Part shown: piece by piece, positions 58,563 through 64,000 of the stretch
Layout of the letters: every line of letters starts with the position of its first letter
Position numbering within the stretch: position 1 is the stretch's first letter
NCBI GenBank assembly: GCA_039621445.1
Contig: CP154954.1
Coordinates: forward strand, 36,441,703-36,505,702
Length of the DNA stretch: 64,000 bases
Direction: 5' to 3'
Source: Euglena gracilis
Lineage: Eukaryota
Position numbers and translations under genes: made by a program
The notes under the pieces: generated by a model
What the model saw: the letters and a program-made list of their open reading frames with translations, nothing else
Database searches by the model: none
Told to the model about the DNA's origin: nothing

Positions 58563-61500
58563 GGGATGGGGAGCTGGGCGGGGGGCAGGAGGCGGGGCTG
58601 GCCAGCCCCGGCGTACTGGTAGACCCGCCTTACCGTCTGCACCGTCACCTGCTGCTGGGTGGAGGGGGCCTCGGGCCCGCTGTGGCTCGCCGGGCGGGGG
58701 CTGGCGGGGGGGGGGGGGGGCGGCAGCGGGGCTGGCCCGGGGGCAGGCCGCGGCGGGCCTGGAAGGCGAATGTGAACTCCCCCGGGGGAACGACCCGACT
58801 TTCTTTGCCGGGTCCCCTTTTGTTGGTTCTCGTCCGAGCGCCATCGGGGGGGGGGGGGGGGGTCCCGCCGCAACGCACCACAACGCCACTGACTTAGACG
58901 GCCGGGAATGCACTTTTCTTGTTGAGTCACAAAATTATGACAGTTTTAGTGAAAATGCGCATCCGCACATTTTGGACGCGGAGTGCGCAGGTGCGCATTT
59001 TGCATGGTTTGATGCCTCTTCCAGACTGGGAGTAAACACCATAAAAATGAGCTGTTTGGATATTACACGACCACAGGGACCATCCCCTTGTTTTCTGGTT
59101 CAACCACGTATTATGCTGTTTACAGCTGTTTCCCGACGACTGTTGTACAGTGCGTGGCTGGACTCACACTCGGCACACTCCACACGACATGCGGAACACG
59201 GGCGACGCACGCCAACCTGGACCTGGGTGTGCCACCTTGTGTTCACCGGTGCGTGCTGATGGCTCCTGGGGGCAGGGCCTGGCGAACCTGGGATGAGCAT
59301 GGGAGGGAACACCTGGCAGGCATGGAGACACAGCCCTCCCACGGTCAAAACAATGGGGGTGTCACTGAGTGTCAAGGCCGAAGAATGCGCACCTGCGCAT
59401 TTTTTGGAAACCCCCAAAAATGCGCAGGTGCGCATTTTTTGGAATGGGCACAGCCTGTGGGAAGGGGGAATGCGCACACGAGCATTGATGTTGAAGGACA
59501 CACTGGGTATGGCCAGTTGTTTGCCTGCCTGGAATCCGAGCTGTGCACCGCTATGATGTGGTTTCAGGCTTGCAGAACATGGGTGTGTGAAGGGGAGATG
59601 AACCAACAGAATCACCCTGGGCAACCATGTCGTGGTACCAGACCGCACCCTGGAACGCCACACCTGCAGCGGCGTGGAAAACCCTGGGCTCGGCGACAGC
59701 AGGTGTCAAGGCACGAATCCATGTCCTTCAGTGATAGGGGAACTGCCCCCTGCAGTGCAAGTTATTGAGCAAATCAGAATGCGCACCCGCGCATTCCACT
59801 TCACCCGCTGCAGTCCAGTGCCCAGCCCAGCCTGCGCTGCTCTCATGAACGTGTGGAGCACGTAACAACACACAGGCAACGGTACCCCACCCAGCGGAGG
59901 TGGTGGGCCAGTTGGTGCCAGCGTTGTCTGACCCCACGCCCCAGAGCGTGCATGGCAGCACACAGCCAATGGTCGCACTGAACAACCTTACGTTGGGCTG
60001 CGGTACGAGGTGCAAGAAGCACTGTGCCCAACAATTAGGGTCAGCGCAGGGGGTTGTGTCTGGTACCACACACAGTGCTCACGGGGTTGGCACCTCGAGA
60101 GCGAAACACGCCTGTCACCACCTTCGGCATCATTCCCCCAAAACGGTCTGTAAACACAGAATTAATTCACAATCCAAATGGACTCAAAGAAGCGAACACT
60201 ACTGGTTAGTCCTTACCCCAAAATTTCTCCAGGCCCTTGAGATTGTGAGACAGGCACAAAAACATCACAACAAAAACTTGCCGACAAACCCAGTAATTTT
60301 TTCCGTTCTGCTTTTTCTGTGTATTCCACTGTGTCATACCAAGGGTAAACGGATGAGAAAGGGACTTCAATGCCCCAGGAAGTTCCTCAGTGACGGGCAC
60401 CCTAATTCCCAAATGCGGTCAGCAGCCCTTCATGGCATGAGTGAAAAGCTGGTGAATGCGCACATGCGCAAAAAATCGTCCTGTGCCTTTCTTTGAATGA
60501 CAGCCACACCGTCGAATATTTTCACTCCCAGGTGGGCTGCCACCACCCACGCCAACTCCCCCCGCCTGGCATAGGCTTGAAACCACACAGCTGAAGTGTA
60601 GACCTTCCTGGGAGGATCGAATGGTGTCCGAGGACGTGGCAGCCCTGGAGCGAAACACGGCAGATGAGTACCACCACCTGTGGTCTTGCTGGCAACAAAC
60701 GTCACCCACCACACAGAACCCTTTTTTATCATGAACTCAGAGTCGACGCTCCAGCACTGCAAACTACACAACCCCTGGCCGCTGTGAAGACAAGGGAAAG
60801 CACATATGCACACACCACCCCATCCGCAATGGCTGCAGTCAAACATGGCACATTGGGGTGAATGCGCACATGCACATTCCCTTCTTGTGTCTCCCCTTAC
60901 AGCACCCTGATAGGAGGTTGCTGACAGAGCCATGCCAAACAACTCAGCACACAAGGTGGAGGCACAGCCCAGGAGACGTTCACCCTACTCTGGCGGCATC
61001 CTTTTGCTCGATGAGATGCCTTCGAAATCGCTGACAAAAAGGCTAACAGTGCATCATGGGGGTAGCCCTGTCCCAATGCTGTGCTGGCACTGGGTTCAGG
61101 AGTGCGAGACACAGCTCCCCACAACACAGAGAATGCGCACCTGCGCACTCCCCCTCACGGAATGCGCAGGTGCGCACTCTTGTGGATGCCCAGCGCTGCT
61201 CCCCTCCTGCTCTCCTGCAGATAGAATCACAGCCAGCCAGCGAAGGAATGGCCTCAAGAGTGCGCACGTGCGCATTCTTGTGCCTCATGCAATCTCGGAG
61301 AGGAGCCATTTTATGTTGTTTGTGAGGGCTGTTCTGGAGGGTGTGGTCTGTGGCAGAAAGGCTTGAGGCGGGTCTCCGCTCCATAGCTTTAAAAACCAGT
61401 GACACACAGGAAAGGGGTGCAAGCCAGCCCCCCCCCCTTTCCATACCCAGCACCCCATCCCAAACCTCACACCCAAACACAGGTGGTCACACATGGTGAT

Positions 61501-63110
61501 GTGCCGTGGTGCCTATGAGAAGGCACATGGGGAGCGGACGGCGTGCGCCACTGGAGGGATGCTGTGCCTGCACGTGTCACAGAGGGGTGCAGTGCACCGT
61601 ATGGAATGGCAAACAGCAGGCAGCCTGAGGAGGGTAACGAGCCCTCCCCAACACACATCTGGTGTGGATTTAAACACACCCACCCCGCCACCCTCTGAAT
61701 GCAGAGTACACGCACACAACAAACATTCACCATCGCCCCCTTGTGCCCTGCTTCCAGCACAGGGCACAGAACCTTCCATCCACTCTAACCGTATAGACCA
61801 CAGTGCCCTACCCACAACCACCCCTGGGAGCCACAATAACCGTCCAACACTTCAGGAAAAGGCCGGGACGGGGAGGGGGGTGAATGCGCACCTGCGCATT
61901 CACTGGGGTCCACAAAACAGGGGGGGGGAGGGGCAGCCACAGGTGCAACGCCTTCACCTGACGAGGGTTCGTCCTCGTGAAACAGTGTTTTGTGTCGCAC
62001 CTACTTCGGCAGACGGGGGTTTTCCCTCGGTCCGCGGAGGTGCTAAACCGTCATTTTCAAAACGAAAAAAAGTCGATTTGCCCAGGAAAAAACCCCGGGA
62101 TCGAAGGTGGTGGTACCCATTTTGGTACTAGTGGTTTCACTTGACGGGTCGGCCGCCCCGTCAAGTGGTGGCGACACACTTGGTCTCAAAAGAATGCGCA
62201 GGTGCGCAAAAAACCACCAAAAGTGAAAAGTGCATTCCCGGCCGTCTAAGACTGAGTCACATTTGGACATTCCCGCCCCCCGCGTCACACATGCCGGCCA
62301 CCCCAGGCCGCGCCCTGCGCAGCGCCGCCGAGGCGGGGCAGGACGCGGTCGAGGTGGGCCTGCAGGGCGTCCGCCCGGTCCCGCTCCGCGTCCGCGGCGG
62401 CCTCCCACGCCGTGCCGCGCTGCACCGCGTCCTGCAGCTGCCGCTCCAGGTCCGCGTGGCGCTCCCGCCGGGCGTCCAGCTCCACCCGCGTCTCCTCCAG
62501 CTGCCGCTCCATTGCCGCCAGGGGCCCGCCCCGCCACCGGGGCACCAACCTCCCCCTCCCCCCGGCACCTTGGCCTGGGCCATGTTGGCCCCAACAGGCC
62601 AGGGGGGCCAACTTTGGGGGAAGAGCACGTTGACCCCAGCAAGGGGGTAACAAGCTGGGGCCAACAAACAGCATTTCTTCGGACATGATGTGGCTTGGGA
62701 AAGTACATATTGCAGTGGTCTCCCGGATCTGATTCCGCTTCGGTGGCCACGCAGTGACCCAAGCAAGCAAGGGCTGTCACTGTGGGGCTGTCAGTGTCAG
62801 GATGGCAGCAGTGGCCTCCCACCCCAAACAGCACAGGATGGCCTTGGGTGGACCAGAGCGCAGCTTTACGGGTCCAACCATCAGCACCCCCTCCCCAACG
62901 TCCGCAAATCCCCGGCAGGGGTGAGACCCTGGGCTCCACCTCACGGGCGTGGACCTTCACCCAGTCCACCTGCCCCTGGTGGTCCCACTGGCGCCGGAAG
63001 TCCTGCCGCTGCGTCTCCAGCACGCCGGCGAGGTGCGCCGCCGCCTGCGCCCGCGTGGTGGCGGCGCCGGGCGACGCACTGGGGTCGGCACAACCCCGTG
63101 GCTGGAGGCG
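55101..63110 (-). CDS. Host multi-exon gene: coiled-coil protein with C-terminal PDZ domain (5' end probably outside the window; several exon borders uncertain)
   Basis: GC-rich exons encode AAMERQLEETRVELDARR, ERDLAEKEQ|ELQRLEAEME (GT-AG, phase 0), EVRALAAELQHR and LGLALQ|STPSGLAVTRVQRPSVAQK|AGLEEGDVITACAGHPV (PDZ); last exon 55101-55256. Confidence 0.75.
58893..62250. mobile_element. 3.36-kb non-coding TIR element with 5-bp TSD, intronic
   Basis: Perfect 26-bp TIR CTTAGACGGCCGGGAATGCACTTTTC; ACTGA at 58888-58892 and 62251-62255. Confidence 0.9.
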
Positions 63111-63183
63111 ATCATCGGGAGGGAGAAGCAAGCACGCACAAGGCATTAAGCGCGGTTCTCAATTATGGAAAAGGAAACAGAGG

Positions 63184-64000
63184 CTTAGACGGCCGGGAAT
63201 GCACTTTTCTTGTTGAGTCACAAAATTTAGGCAGTTTTAGTGAAAATGCGCATCCGCGCATCTTGGACGCGGAGTGCGCAGGTGCGCATTTTGCATGGTT
63301 TGATGCCTCTTCCAGACTGGGGGTAAACACCATAAAATTGAGCTGTTTGGATTTAACGCGACCCCAGGAACCACCCCCCAGTATTCTGCTTCAACCACGT
63401 ATCATGCTGTTTACAGCTGTTTCACGACGACTGTGGTACAGTGCGTGGATGGACACACACTCAGCACACTCCACACGGCATGCGGAACACAGACGACGCA
63501 GGACGCAGGGAAGCCTGGACCTGGGTGTGACACCCACCTTGTGTTCACCGATGTGTGCTGATGGCTTCTGGGGGCAGGGCCTGGTGAACCTGGGATGAGC
63601 ATGGGAGGGAACACCTGGCAGCCACAGAGACACAGCCCTCCCAAGGTCAAAACAATGGGGGTGTCACTGAGTATCAGGGCCGAAGAATGCGCACCTGCGC
63701 ATTTTTTGGAAACCCAAAAGAATGCGCAGGTGCGCATTTTTTGGAATGGACACAGGCTGCGGGAAGGGGGAATGCGCACACGCGCATTGATGTTGAAGGA
63801 CACACTGGGTATGGCCTGTTGTTTGCCTGCCTTGAATGCGAGCTGTGCACCGCTGTGATGTGGTTTCGGGCTTGCAGAACATGGGTGTGTGAGGGGCAAT
63901 TGAACCAAGAGAATAACCCTGGGCAATCATGTCGCTGTACCAGACCACACCCTGAAACACCACACCCGCAGCAGCATGGAAAACCCTGGGCTCGGCGACG
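63184..64000. mobile_element. Independent, more diverged insertion of the same TIR family (runs off the window)
   Basis: Same left TIR and colinear sequence, with a different left flank. Confidence 0.88.

Larger units (their letters stand above)
45294..60189. repeat. Tandem segmental duplication, copy 2 (~14.90 kb)
   Basis: Starts inside the CRE-like RT (GGAGCCTTGGTACC); 4-bp filler GATA at 45290-45293. Confidence 0.95.

Noticed and set aside
61958-61995. Hammerhead ribozyme (CTGACGA...GAAAC)
   Set aside because: Stem II does not close next to GAAA, and stems I and III cannot be formed convincingly.
58950-62215. CRISPR-like array of palindromic repeats
   Set aside because: Repeats are only 18 bp, spacing ranges from ~10 to ~600 bp, there are no cas genes, and the context is a eukaryotic transposon.
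62520-62940. Further non-conventional introns with 8-bp TSDs
   Set aside because: Candidate flanks match at only 5-6 of 8 positions and the frames are ambiguous; borders cannot be fixed without transcripts.

Overview
Repeat-rich eukaryotic nuclear DNA, very probably from a euglenid: the Euglena-type spliced-leader exon ACTTTCTGAGTGTCTATTTTTTTTCG lies at 3889-3914, and one intron has euglenid non-conventional geometry. Mobile DNA dominates. There are three small nested or adjacent MITEs (one carrying degenerate TTAGGG repeats) and three decayed CRE/SLACS-like RLE non-LTR retrotransposons, two of which encode 2A (StopGo) peptides. A 1.3-kb non-autonomous LTR element has a Tf1-like self-priming site. 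A young 13.2-kb Ty3/gypsy chromodomain retrotransposon has a pol that begins with a C5-cytosine DNA methyltransferase fused to the protease; it also has an RRM-like insert in Gag and an MuLV-like UAG/pseudoknot at the gag-pol junction. A DIRS-1-type element (RT-RNaseH-N6A methyltransferase, tyrosine recombinase, ITRs and ICR) is flanked by miniature derivatives, and a 3.4-kb non-coding TIR element is studded with palindromes. 30328-45289 and 45294-60189 form a ~15-kb tandem duplication. The only host gene recognised is a minus-strand, multi-exon coiled-coil protein with a C-terminal PDZ domain; one of its introns looks like an 8-bp-TSD TIR insertion that is spliced out precisely. All calls were made by eye; no database searches were run.
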